The position numbers were made by a program, and so were the translations under genes. A stretch of 64,000 nt of DNA from Octopus sinensis (lineage: Eukaryota): NCBI RefSeq assembly GCF_006345805.1, contig NC_043002.1, positions 4,278,001 to 4,342,000 on the forward strand. Direction: 5' to 3'. The notes beneath the pieces are model-generated. The model worked only from the letters and a program-made list of their open reading frames with translations. It was not told the origin of the DNA and ran no database searches. Shown here in pieces: positions 14,413 to 26,608 of this stretch; within the stretch, counting starts at the first letter, position 1, and each line of letters opens with the position of its first letter.

Positions 14413-14456
14413 AGCTTATAAACATAGTTTAGCTTTTCGCTCTCCATCATCCCACA

Positions 14457-14657
14457 CTAGTTAGGTTTCATTCCCAAACCCCTGGTATTTATGTCTTTGG
14501 TCAGAGATAAATCTCTAACAAGATCTTTCAAATGCTCATATGTCACATCATAACTTTTAGCCTCATTATGAGTTATCGCTAAATTTCCAACAATAATTCC
14601 ATTATTTTGATTAATCTTTAAAATCATTCTAGAAGCTGATTTTTTTTTATCCGCCAT
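14457..14657 (-). mobile_element. possible Chapaev3 (CMC) transposase relic
   Basis: LKDLVRDLSLTKD resembles the LNDLVRDLxLSK motif; only this short motif supports the call. Confidence 0.3.
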
Positions 14658-14710
14658 ACATTTTTTTCGCTTTCATCAACAATCGCAAAATCAAGAATTA
14701 TTCTTTGACT

Positions 14711-15096
14711 GGATGGAAGCACTCCGTCGGTTACGACGACGAGGGTTCCGGTTGATCCGATCAACGGAACAGCCTGCTCGTGAAATTAACGTGTAAGTGG
14801 CTGAGCACTCCACAGACACGTGCACCCTTAACGTAGTTCTCGGGGATATTCAGCGTGACACAGAGAGTGACAAGGCCGGCCCCTTGAAATACAGGTACAA
14901 CAGAAACAGGAAGTAAGAGTGAGATAAAGTTGTGGTGAAAGAGTAGAGCAGGGATCACCACCATCTCTGCCGGAGCCTCGTGGAGCTTTAGGTGTTTTCG
15001 CTCAATAAACACTCACAACGCCCGGTCTGGGAATCGAAACCGCGATCCTACGACCGCGAGTCCGCAGCCCTAACCACTGGGCCATTGCGCCTCCAC
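14711..15096 (-). mobile_element. SINE family C, tail type i, 11-bp TSD
   Basis: Head GGAGGCGCAATGGCCCAGTGGTTAG..GGTTTCGATTCC; TSD ATTCTTTGACT at 14700-14710 and 15097-15107; tail hairpin GTTCCGTTGATCGGATCAACCGGAAC. Confidence 0.9.
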
Positions 15097-15342
15097 ATTC
15101 TTTGACTATCAATAGTTGAGTAAATAATCTTGGCTCCGAATTTTCTGCAGATATGTATTTAAAATCTGTACAAAGTCCAACACCGCCAGCAATTGTTTCT
15201 TCACCACAATCCATTCCATTATCTATGGAAGCTAGTCCATCATTTAGAGAAAAGAGACTGAATATTGTTTTATCTTGCTGGATTGGGATTAATGTTGATT
15301 GTACGTTTGGATAGACAATCTTGTGATTGTTCATTGTGGAAA

Positions 15343-15562
15343 CATCATCATCATTGTTCGACCGTGGTCGAGACAATGGAATTTACCATGCTACGCCAGA
15401 CTTCACGGTCCATCATAGCATTACGGAGGTCCTGTTGCTGGATGCCTGTATTCCTGGAGATTACATCAGGATAGGAGAGTGTGTGCCCTCTGGTATCGCG
15501 AGCAGATGGCTTCCAGAGGAGAAGAGTAGAAATTACCTCGTTTTCAGCTCTACAACAATGTG
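15343..15562 (-). mobile_element. RTE-X-like LINE 3' end
   Basis: HCCRAENEVISTLLLWKP..DVISRNTG..AMMDREVWRSMV..EQ* followed by (TGA)n; close sister copy at 25490-25778. Confidence 0.8.
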
Positions 15563-15633
15563 GAAACACTTCAAGAATATCAGGTAGCAAGATGTTTTCG
15601 TTCTTCTGTATCATGGCTATGTAAAAAAAACAA

Positions 15634-17693
15634 CATAGTTAGTTAGTTAATTTGGCTCAAAAGCAAATAGCAAGGCCATGTAGGGGGACATGGAGTTAAG
15701 TACAGGGTGGTGTTCATGTAAAGAGTTCAGGCCACTTGAGGTCAAGGGAGGCTTTGAACAAAGCGGTCGTCGGCATCTTCACCATCTCGTCTGGCAGCTT
15801 GTTCCACGGATCCGCAACCCGGACGGAGAAAGGTCCTCTCCTTCGATTGAGATGAAATCGTCGCAGGTAGAGCTTTTCAGAATGACCCCGCAGCCGACGC
15901 TCTGGAGCAGGAGTGAAGAACAGCTCTTTCGAGAGGTTACACTTTCCGCTTATGATGTTGTGGGCGAGAATGAGATCACCACGGCGGCGGCGTTTTTCAA
16001 GAGAATAAAGGTCGAGCGTCCTCAGCCTTTCTTCGTAGGACAAATTTTTGAGACCATGAACCATGCGGGTAGCCAGCTTCTGGACTCTTTCGAGGTGCTG
16101 TATGTCTTTGAGGAGATAAGGAGAAGAGGTTTGAATCCCATACTCCAATATGGGTCTCACCAGCGTGACATAGGAATATGGCTGCTGTGAGCATTCCGAA
16201 TGACCGTCGAATCAAGAACAGAATTCCGCGTGCTTTGTTGGCAGCATGGACGCACTGGGCCGAAGGCGAAAAGGAGGAATCCACCAAGATACCCAGGTCC
16301 TTTACCTGATCGGTCCTCTCCAGCAGCAGACGACCCGGCTCGAAATCAAGTTGAGTTGCAGGAGTAGAGCCGACAGGCAGATGACAGCACTTTGACACGT
16401 TCAGACACAGGTCCCAATCGTTAGACCACTTCCAAATTTGGTGGAGGCATCGACGAAGATCTTCTATATTACCGCGAGGAGCGACCAGTTTGATATCGTC
16501 GGCAAATAGAAGGGTGTGTTGCGTGAGATCGTCGGGCAAGTCATTTATGAAGACTAAGAACAACAAGGGCCCAAGCACTGAACCTTGAGGCACGCCACTG
16601 CTCGCACTGGAGACGTCGGACCGCGAACCATTAACTTGGACTTGGAAGGAGCGATCTGAGAGGAAGGCACCAACCCATCGTACAATATCCGGATGGAAAC
16701 TATATGCTTGAAGCTTGACAAGTAATAGGCGGTGGTTTACCGAGTCAAAAGCTTTGGCAAAGTCCAGTAAAACGATGTCAACAGCATCACTATCATCGAG
16801 GATGCGCGTCACCAATTCTTCCATTACTAGTAAGTTGGTCAAGCATGATCTCTTCGGCACGAAGCCGTATTGGGAATCAGAGATAGAGGCTGTGTTTAGG
16901 AGGTGGAGCATCATACTTTTCTTAAGGATGGTTTCGAACATCTTGCTGATAATTGATGTAAGGGAAACCGGTCGGTAGTTAAGCGGGTCTTCGCGGCTCC
17001 CTTTCTTGAAAATTGGGCAGATTATCGCTGTTCTCCAGTCTGCAGGTATAACACCCGTCGCCAATGACATATTGAATAGTCGTGTTAAGGGCTCGCAGAT
17101 GACCGGAGCTAACGCTTTGATAACCCGTGGGTGTATGCCGTCAGGGCCGTGACCCTTGTTGACATCGAGGCCTTGAATAACACGTTTGACTTCGTCCCGC
17201 GTGATGACCAATCGAAGCATTGGAGGTACCGATCTATCAAATAGAGGGGGTTCACGACCATCATCTTGTTTGAAAATAGTTGAAAAAGCCTCGGCAAATA
17301 ATTGACTCTGTTGATAAGGGTCCTCAATCGATACGCCTGTTGAGTCTACCAACGTTGCAATCTGGTTGTTCAAGCGGGAATTCCGCTGGACATGGGCAAA
17401 GAAGGTTTTTGGATTGCTACTGGCATTTGCCGCGATTTTGTATTCATAACTGAAGCGTTCTTTCTTTTGGTGGTATTCATGTAAAAAGTTTAGGCCACTT
17501 GAGGTCAAGGGAGACTTTGAACCGAGCGGTCGTCGGCATCTTCACCATCTCGTCTGGCAGCTTATTCCACGGATCCGCAACCCGGACGGAGAAAGCCCCT
17601 CTCCTTCGATTGAGATGAAATCGTCGCAGATAGAGCTTTTCGGAGTGACCCCGCAGCCGACGCTCTGGAGCAGGAGTGAAGAACAGTTCTTTC
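15634..17693 (-). mobile_element. CR1-group LINE, 5'-truncated, RT domain open, one frameshift near 16170, (TAAC)n tail, extra copy of the 3' end in front
   Basis: KGHGPDGI, NYRPVSLTS, LLDFAKAFDSV, SGVPQGSVLGPLLF, LFADDIKL in ORF 15997-17508; C-terminus LERVQKLATRMV..FSVRVADPWNKLP in 15714-16160. Confidence 0.95.
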
Positions 17694-19059
17694 ATAGATG
17701 AACAAGATAAGCAACGTCGGATCAGCGCTGCCTGTTTAAGTGGTCTATATATCTGGCTGAACAGAAACGAAGGATCGATGCTCTTTTGACAAAGCCATGA
17801 TATGGAGAGAACGGTGGCATTTTGCTAACTGGTGTTTTTGTAGTGTTAACATCAACATTTAGAAATACAAAAAAATTATCTAAAAAAATATCTTTAAGAA
17901 AATCAGATTAAAGCAGATCTGGTAGCGATATGAAGAGAATTCATGAGTGACCGCTTTCGGTTGTTATTAAAGACTAAGAAACGTAGTAAAAGCAAAAGTT
18001 TTCTGTGTCGATATTCTTATAGAATTACTACACCGGTAACCCCGTGGAAAACTTTGGTTTATACCACAGACTTTAAAAGCTGATAACAGCCGAAAGAGTC
18101 TGCAGAAATGTTCCTTCATATCCTCTTAAAAAGATTTGTTTGAGATAATTTAAATTATAATAAAATATATATATATATTTAACATATGTACATAGCATAT
18201 TTTACATGTACCAGCCAGAGGCTGTGGCCTATGTATGAATGAATGTATGTATGTATGTATGTATGTATGTATGTATGTATGTATGTATGTATGTATGTAT
18301 GTATGTATGTAGCTCTTCTTGAGAGAGTCCAAGCCGGTCGCTAACAAAGCGACAAGACCTTTTGAGTTAAGAGAGTTCTCGGTGCTTGTAAATATGTGGT
18401 TGAGTTTGTGTGTTGGCTGAAGTGTCGATGCATACACCCAAATGTGTGCATCTATTCACATTAGAATCTCAGATGGAGAATTTTTGGAAAGTCTTACAGA
18501 TCTTCACTGTGCCACTTACAGATTGGATTTGGAGAATCCGCGTCAGTTTCTTTTGCTCTTTCTCCGAGAAACAGTATTTCTAGGATTTTGTGCAAATTTG
18601 TTGGTACATAGCATAACGCACCTATGATGATAACACTGATAGAAAACTAAACTGGTTTAGCTAATTTGCATAACAGCGCAAATGATGGAAGTATTAATTA
18701 ATTAATTAATTAATTATTTAATTCATTCATTCATTTATAGGAGCATTGCACGGGGATTGGGTAATTAAAAGTTATAATTACGGAATGTGTCTCTATCGAA
18801 GATATAATTTACAATATAGCTTTGAAAATTTGACACCGTTGAGAAAGCACAGATTTTTCTGGTTGCGTTTTACTACCAACAACCACCAACTACATTTACT
18901 ACTGTTATGGAACCTGCAATAGTATCACCATCAACACCTCGACGTTTATAGACATCGTTATCACCATCATGGTCATTAGTCCGTGTCACCTTCGCCAATA
19001 AATAGCCCCAGCACAAAAACCACAGCCACCGGCCGTTACCACCTTCGATCAATACAATC

Positions 19060-19450
19060 ATCATGGCCAGTACTATGATGATGATGATGATGATGGTGAT
19101 GATGAGAATGATGAAGATGATGATGATGTTGATGATGGCGATGACGATGATGAGGATCGTGATGATGACGATGACGACAACAACGACGGCGATGATGATG
19201 ACGACGACGATGATGACGATGACAATGATGATGATGACGATGACAATGATGATGATGACGATGATGATGATGATGACGACGACGATGATGATGATGATGA
19301 TGACGATGACGATGACAATGATGATGATGACGTTGATGATGATGATGATGATGACGATGATGATTATGATGACGATGATGATGACAATGATGATGATGAT
19401 GATGACGATGACGATGATGATGATGACGATGATGATGATGATGTCGACGA
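19060..19450. repeat. (GAT)n/(GAC)n triplet array
   Basis: Directly visible. Confidence 0.95.
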
Positions 19451-19769
19451 CGTCGAGATGAGGACAGCGACAATCTGCGTCACATCACTCCCGCCGCCCC
19501 ACCATAATCCTAACCCCCCCGTTGCAATATCCCACCACCTCAACGCTAGAACTGCCACCCCATCACCCCAACCCCACTACCACAAACTACGCCATCATCC
19601 TTGTCACCTCCCCCCCGCCATCATATTCCCTCTTCCTCCAACGCAGTCTTCAACTTCTTCCACATCATCAGCATCACTATACCATCAGAGTAAACTCTCT
19701 TATCGGTGACCCATGATCCAGAACCATTTCAATCCGGTCGACATTGCCAAATCGTGCTCTTTTGATGAT

Positions 19770-19770
19770 T

Positions 19771-19809
<39 letters not shown>

Positions 19810-19856
19810 AGGCATATTTATCTATTTATACACACACGCACTTTACATATATATGG

Positions 19857-19932
<76 letters not shown>

Positions 19933-19990
19933 ACACATATATATCATATATATATATATATTATCTATTTCTCCCTCCCTCTCTCTCTCT

Positions 19991-20080
<90 letters not shown>

Positions 20081-20351
20081 TACACGCACTCGTGTGAGTC
20101 TACTTAGATTTGTGAAAAAATATATATGCACATATACATATATATATACACACGTACTTTTTAATGTGTATATATGTATATATATATATACATATACATA
20201 CATATATATATATATATATTATATATATATATATTATATATATATATATATTATATATATAATATATATATATATATAAAATATATATGTAAGCATATAT
20301 ACAATATTATGTGTGTATGTATATATATATGTATATTCATACATATATATG

Positions 20352-20415
<64 letters not shown>

Positions 20416-21525
20416 CACATATGCACTCACACGTACATACCTTTGTAGACACGCACGCGCACACATCAATATATACACGTATTTATCTTTGAATTTATCT
20501 ACCTATCTATATAGACACCTTGTTTACATCGTAGTTGTAGTAGTAGTAGCAGCAGCAGCCGCAGTAGTAGCAGTAGTGGTTGCAATAGTTGTTGTTGTTG
20601 TTGTTGTTGTTGTTGTTATTAACCCCCTTTGCATGTATTTGCTTTCTAAAATTAGTTGTTTGTGTTCGTCTCTCTTTGATCATGTCTAATTGGGCTGAGC
20701 TTTTGACACAGCCATCACTTTCAGCGTTCCTCCTCCCCACACACACACACAGCTTCCACACATCTTTTCACTTTGCTCTCTTAACATTTTTTTCGTTTGT
20801 TGTTTATTTTTTATTAAATATATTTATTGTATTTCATTGCCACCGACAACCCCCCTCCCCTCCTCTACCTTAGAATTTTTTTGTTTGTATTTGAAAAGTA
20901 GCGTTTGATCAGCAAACGTAGAAATAACTATATTAGATTAAAGTAAAATTCTACTAAAACCGGAAGTTCTAACTCCCTGTATATCATCTTCTATCTTCTG
21001 TCGTCGACATATTTGTTTCCCTTCGGTTTGAACTCTCCTCTGTTCCGTTTCTATTCGGATGTATGTTCATATGAATCTCACTTTTAATCCTTTTTTGTTA
21101 GAAGAAAAAAGATATGTAAAAAAAAAGAAAAAATGTATACATATATATAAAATAAATTACCACTTACCTCAGTATTGGAATTTTTAGTTGCCCATGCAAT
21201 TCAAATGAGACTATTTCTCCCTCTCGCACACACTCTTTTATCTCTCTTTCTGACAACCACACGCATACACTTTCTCACTCTCTCAAACACACACACACAT
21301 GTGTATGTATGTGTGTGTGTGATTACGTGAGTATATATGTATATATGTATATATGTTTATATATATAACTATGTATATGTATATATACATATACACGCAT
21401 ACACACACACAAGTATGCAATCATGTATGAGTATACACGCACATATATGCGTGTGTGTCTGTATATATATATATATTAATCTATACATACATACACACAT
21501 CTATATTATATATATATATAATATA

Positions 21526-21565
<40 letters not shown>

Positions 21566-21862
21566 CATATATATTATATATATATATTATATATATATGC
21601 ATATATATGAATACATATATTCATATTAATGCATATTTACATTATACGAACATACATAATACATACACATACGCTCACACACAGACACACATATATATTT
21701 GTATGTATATCTATAATTAACACATGCACATACACTTATACATAAAGATATATAAATGTATTTATGAATGTATATGCATGTATATTAATTATACACATGC
21801 AAATGCACACGCATACGCACTTGTATATGTATATCATATCATATCATATCATATCATATCAT

Positions 21863-21954
<92 letters not shown>

Positions 21955-21960
21955 CATATT
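19770..21960. repeat. several (TA)n/(CATA)n/(ATATC)n tracts with short unique spacers
   Basis: Directly visible. Confidence 0.85.
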
Positions 21961-22265
21961 TGTACGCATTATATAGTTAACAACGGCTGTGTAATGAAAC
22001 TAGAGGACAGCAGACTTAAAAGCAATGCTACACTGTGTCATTGGCCTGAAACTCGCTACACATTTAAAATGGCTGCTCCATCTTGCTTTAAATAGCTTAA
22101 GCTCATACCTAAAATGGACGGAGACGCCTGATTATCCGACTAATTATTTTAATTCTTTTTATATCGACACATGGTCACATATAAATGAGGTGCATTCCAG
22201 AAGTTTTGAAATTTTTTAGGACCCGCGGTTATAACTATCCGAGATCATTGTAATTTTAGTATATC

Positions 22266-22499
22266 TGTTCCTTTATTACCCACAAGGGGCTAAACATAGA
22301 GGGGACAAACAAGGACAGACAAGCGGATTAAGTCGATTACATCGACGCCAGCATGTAACTGGTACTTAATTTATCGACCCCGAAAGGGTGAAAGGCAAAG
22401 TCGACCTCAGCAGAATTTGAACTCAGAACGTAGCGACGGGCGAAATACCGCGAAGCATTTCGCCCGGCGTGCTAACGTTTCTGCCAGCTCGCCGACTTC
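22266..22499 (-). mobile_element. SINE family B, full length, 13-bp TSD
   Basis: Close match to 6731-6968; TSD ATTTTAGTATATC at 22253-22265 and 22500-22512. Confidence 0.9.
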
Positions 22500-22789
22500 A
22501 TTTTAGTATATCATTATAGAATTAGTAAGCTAACTTGTCAACTTTTGTTATTCCAGATCAAAGGAGACGGCTGTAACACCACTTTGAAAATAGCCTACTA
22601 AATGCTGCTTATAGCTGACTAGTTCGAAGAATGCATTCGGGAAGTGAAGACAATATGGAAGCTGGTTATGCAAGAACATTTTGTGCTAAACTGGCGAAAG
22701 CGCTACAGAATCTTGTGAAATGCTCTCGATTGCTCATAGTTTAAGATGTATGACCCGAGCATCTATTTTCCCTTGGCACAAAAGGCCAG

Positions 22790-23160
22790 GCAAAGCAAGT
22801 CCACCGGGAAGCTCATTATGATCTTTTTTGGCAGCAGGAGCGACATCTATATTCACTAGGTTCCCTCTGGCCAGACAGTCAACAAAGAATTGTTTGTGGA
22901 AGTTTTGAGGGCGATCAGGAAGGTGCACCTGTCACAATTCCATCCTGGTAACCAACTACTTGATAGAAATGAGCATCAAAACTGTTGCCCATCTTCCCTA
23001 CAGTCTAGACCTTGGCCTGTGTGACTTTTGATTGTTCCCAAAGCAGAAGGAGATGTAAGAGGCTACGAAAGGGTTCTGGATACCTTGCTTTGGAGAACTT
23101 CCACGGAGCTTACACGAAATTGCATTGAAGTCCGGGAATACTACTTTGAAGGAGATAAGA
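22790..23160 (+). mobile_element. mariner transposase relic (catalytic half)
   Basis: ARQSKSTGKLIMIFF, VPSGQTVNKE, HLPYSLDLGLCDF*LFPK, CIEVREYYFEGDK. Confidence 0.75.
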
Positions 23161-23429
23161 GTTTGTACTTTTTGGAATTAATAAATGTTTCTTCTGAAAA
23201 AGTCTCAAAACTTCAGGAATGCATCTTGTATATATGTAATTGTTCGGGCTCTTTGCATTCTAAGTTCAAATCGCACCATGGCCTACCCGGATAGTATCCT
23301 TACACTATCATTCGGTTCAAGATTACTATCTAGCAGCTGGTGTGCCTTTAGCGGAGTCCCGTCTGTGGCAAGCGTTTGGGTGTGTCCCTTTTTGAAGATG
23401 CCTTCCGCCTTCCCTCTCACCAGTTTCGA

Positions 23430-23960
23430 AGTCACTGGAAAGTGGCATGGGCCCTGTCTTCTAACTGAGCTTTACACAAAAGTATTACAAGTGCCGCCAT
23501 GATAAAGTATGGTTGTACTCACATTGGCTTCTATATCATAAATACCAATACGAAGTAATTTAGAATTGGTATGAACATGTGCCTAGTTAAGTAATGCAGG
23601 ATAACGGGAAAGCAACGAAATCCTGGGAATATGATTTTCAGATTGAGAATAATGGAGCATCGTCAGCTGGACATTGTCGTATTGAACAAGGAAGACAAAT
23701 AGCGTCGAATGTATTGACGTAGCCATACCAAATGAGATGAGAATTGCGAGCAAAGAGGTGAAAAGAAAAATCACCAAATGCTGCAAACTGAAAGTGGAGA
23801 TGGCATGACATTTTGGAATGTGAGAGGGTAATGTAAAAATGATACCAGATGTGATCGGGACATTAAAGACACTCTCACCGAAACTTCAAGACTTCTTAAA
23901 GCTTGCTGTCATACAAAATCATCCTTGCTACGTACTGCACACATTTTGTGAGATCTTTGT
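23430..23960 (+). mobile_element. R4/Dong-clade restriction-like endonuclease relic
   Basis: YKCRHDKV..HW..NWYEHVP, MEHRQLDIVV, IDVAIP, MIPDVIG, KSSLLRTAHIL across frameshifts. Confidence 0.75.
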
Positions 23961-23994
23961 TGTGACTTGACAGATGATTAAATACTCCAGTGAA

Positions 23995-24410
23995 TTTTCC
24001 TGGTGCCATCCTGTTCATCACCTCGTCCCAATTCTTGCCCAACTAGGGATCTATACTAAATCAAGCCACAAGCAATTTAACCCGAAGCCAGCATGGTTGG
24101 GCGGGAAATGTCCGTTAAGCTGCCATTAACTGAAGCTCTGCCAATGTAATTTATCTAGGTCGAACAAACGGATCACAAGTTTGTGATCTGGGTAGCTGAC
24201 CAATTTGAATTCCGGACATCCTCTGCTATTTCTATTTACTGGCCTACGGAATACTCTATCTAGATACGATCTGATCTAGTTTGTCTATGTTCATATCAGC
24301 GCATTCGAGTAATGAAGTCGGTACCTGTAAGACAGTTGGAAAAGCCCGAGCACATTTGCAAGCCTTCTTCATCTCTGGCATTATTCTTTGCGTGCATCCA
24401 AGATAATCAG
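23995..24410 (-). mobile_element. old Tx1-clade relic with internal deletion
   Basis: ILDAR..RYRL..*T*TN..RSYLDRV..GCPEFKLVSYPDHKLV..WQLN, then VKLLVA*F..KNWDEV; both segments align to the 32-kb Tx1 copy with the RT between them missing. Confidence 0.75.
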
Positions 24411-25389
24411 ACGGGGCAATGTCCGGCGAATATGGTGGGTGGGGCATCGATTCTCATTCAAACTGCTCCAGCCTTTGGAATGTCATCCCCGCTGTACGTG
24501 ACCGAGCATTATCCTGAAGCAAGAACACCTTTCGTCTTGAAACCAAAGATGGTCGTTTTTCTTCTAGCGCTGATTTAAGCCGCTCAAGCTTAAGAGTTCA
24601 AAGTGGACTTAGCCTTACATATCCCACCAAACAGATAATAGCACTTTACGTGGGTGAAGATCTTCTTTAGTCTGGGGTGCCGGTGTTTATCCTTTCTCTA
24701 CCCATTGTCTTCGGTGTTTGACGCTTTTATAGAGAACCCATTTCTCGTCATCAGTCACTATTCGGGATAAAAATGGTTCATTCGTGAGACGTGACTGCAA
24801 AGAAGAGCTCACATTCACTCTCTGCGCACGCTTAGACTCAGAAAGTTTATGAGGAACACACTGACCCAATTTTCCGACTTTTCCAATGGCACGTAGATGT
24901 CACTGAATGCTTGAATGACCAAATCCAAGCTTCACTGCTAGTTCTTCAACAATTACGATGGGATTTTGTTTCGCCAGGATTTGAAGGACGTCCTCGTCAA
25001 GCTCTACAGATCTTCCAGGACGAGGCTCGTCTTCTAGGCTGCAGTTTCCGGCCCGGAATTTCTGGAGCCACCGTTGACACTGGCTTACGCTTATTATCCG
25101 ATCCCCATATGCTGCGTAAATATTCCTTGCACTTTCCGTTGCGTTGTTGCCTTTATTGAACTCATAAAGTAAAATATGTCGAATATGCTCCTTTGTCACT
25201 TCCATTATAGCTTTGAAGAAAAAATAACTGTTAAAATTGAACTGCACTCTTCAAAACTTGCACTAAGAATAAGGATTAAAGTAAAATTACTACCTGCTTT
25301 TATAGTTGATGCAGGTAGTTTATCCCGTCCACCTCCGATTTTTAGTTCATGCAGTTGCAAAAAGCCGCATTATTTATGGGATGGCCCAA
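24410..25389 (-). mobile_element. mariner (DD34D) transposon, decayed, 3' end lost
   Basis: TA plus TIR-like TTGGGCCATCCCATAAATAATGCGGCTTTTT at 25389-25359; ATG at 25205: MEVTKEHIRHILLYEF..LEDEPRPGR, VPHKL, IVTDDEKW, QDNAR, HPPYSPDIAPSDY. Confidence 0.92.
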
Positions 25390-25489
25390 TATATCATTCA
25401 GTTATTTATTGTTGCTTGTGTCTGTGTCGTTGTAGCTGAATATGCTTTTTGTTTGATCGTTTCAGTAACGATCAAAGTACAAGGTACAA

Positions 25490-25778
25490 AGTACAAATAT
25501 ATGAGAAACTACCACCTGTATCATCTCTTGTGAAAGGTAGAAGAGTCCACAGTTTGCTGGACATTGTTGTAGAGCTGAAAAAGAGGTAATTTCTACTCTT
25601 CTCCTCTGGAAGCCATCTACTCGCAATACCAGAGGGCGCACACTCGCCTACCCTGATGTAATCTCCAGGGATACAGGCATCCAGCAACAGGACCTCCGTA
25701 ATGCTATGATGGACCGTGAAGTCTGGCGTAGCATGGTAAATTCCATTGTCTCGACCACGGTCGAACAATGATGATGAT
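25490..25778 (+). mobile_element. RTE-X-like LINE 3' end
   Basis: YEKLPPVSSLVKGRR..QFAGHCCRAEKEVISTLLLWKP..DREVWRS..EQ* then (TGA)n. Confidence 0.8.
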
Positions 25779-26309
25779 TGATCGTTTAGTGGGTTCTGTT
25801 CTTGTTAATGGTCTGGATTTGTTTGTTTTCGTTTGTTGTGGTGTTTGTAATGTTGGTTTATTTCTAGTCTTCTTTTTTTCGTGTTTCCCGGTGTGTTACC
25901 GTTGTAGGTCTGAGTATGTACCTGCTTGCCAGTTTCTGTGTCTCCGCATTTAAGTTTTTCGTTTTTTTAATTTTTTATTTGATGCAGGTTTTTTCCTTTT
26001 CTATTTTTTTCACTCCTTCACAAGGATCCATTCTAGTGAATGTTTCGAATCGATTTCCTTGCAAAGAGTGTTTTTGCTGTCAGAGAAATCTATGCAAGGA
26101 AAAAAAGGTATGTTTGTGTTTATGCTTTTAGTTTGGTTGACTGGAGTGGGTAGGATCTCTTAAGATTTTGGCGGTATTGGCCTTATTTTCTTCATGAGTG
26201 GTGCTTCTTTTGGTGCTGCCGTTCTTGGTACTGCTGCTACTTTTGGGACCGCTGCTATCGTTGATGCTGCTGCTGCTGTTGCTTTTGTTGTTGCTGTTGC
26301 TGTTCGTTC

Positions 26310-26608
26310 GTTCGTAAGACCCGCAGAAGAGAAAGCAGGTCAACCCCCGACACCGAGAGCATCGATGGATGGATGAATGCGCATCCAGGCTCAGTGGTTG
26401 CGTAGGAAGTCGGGGACAAGAAACAGGAAGAAAGAGTGAGAGAAAGTTGGAGCTAAAGAGTACAACAGAGGTTGCCCCCCTGCCGGAGCCTCGTGGAGCT
26501 TTAGGTGTTTTCGCTCAATAAACACACACAACGCCCAGTCTGGGAATCGAAACCGCGATCCTCCAACCGCGAGTCTGCTGCCCCAACCACTGGGCCATTG
26601 CGCCCCCA
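26310..26608 (-). mobile_element. SINE family C, tail type ii
   Basis: Family C head; tail CCCCGACTTCCTACGCAACCACTGAGCCTGGATGCGC shared with the 40747 and 62379 copies. Confidence 0.88.

Noticed and set aside
15997-17508. 503-aa ORF as an intact gene
   Set aside because: 5'-truncated CR1 ORF2; its first residues come from the duplicated 3' end and its last residues are out of frame
17949-18100. Imperfect 19-bp inverted ends suggesting a MITE; similar 13-bp case at 27468-27553
   Set aside because: Short, mismatched, no TSD and no second copy in the window
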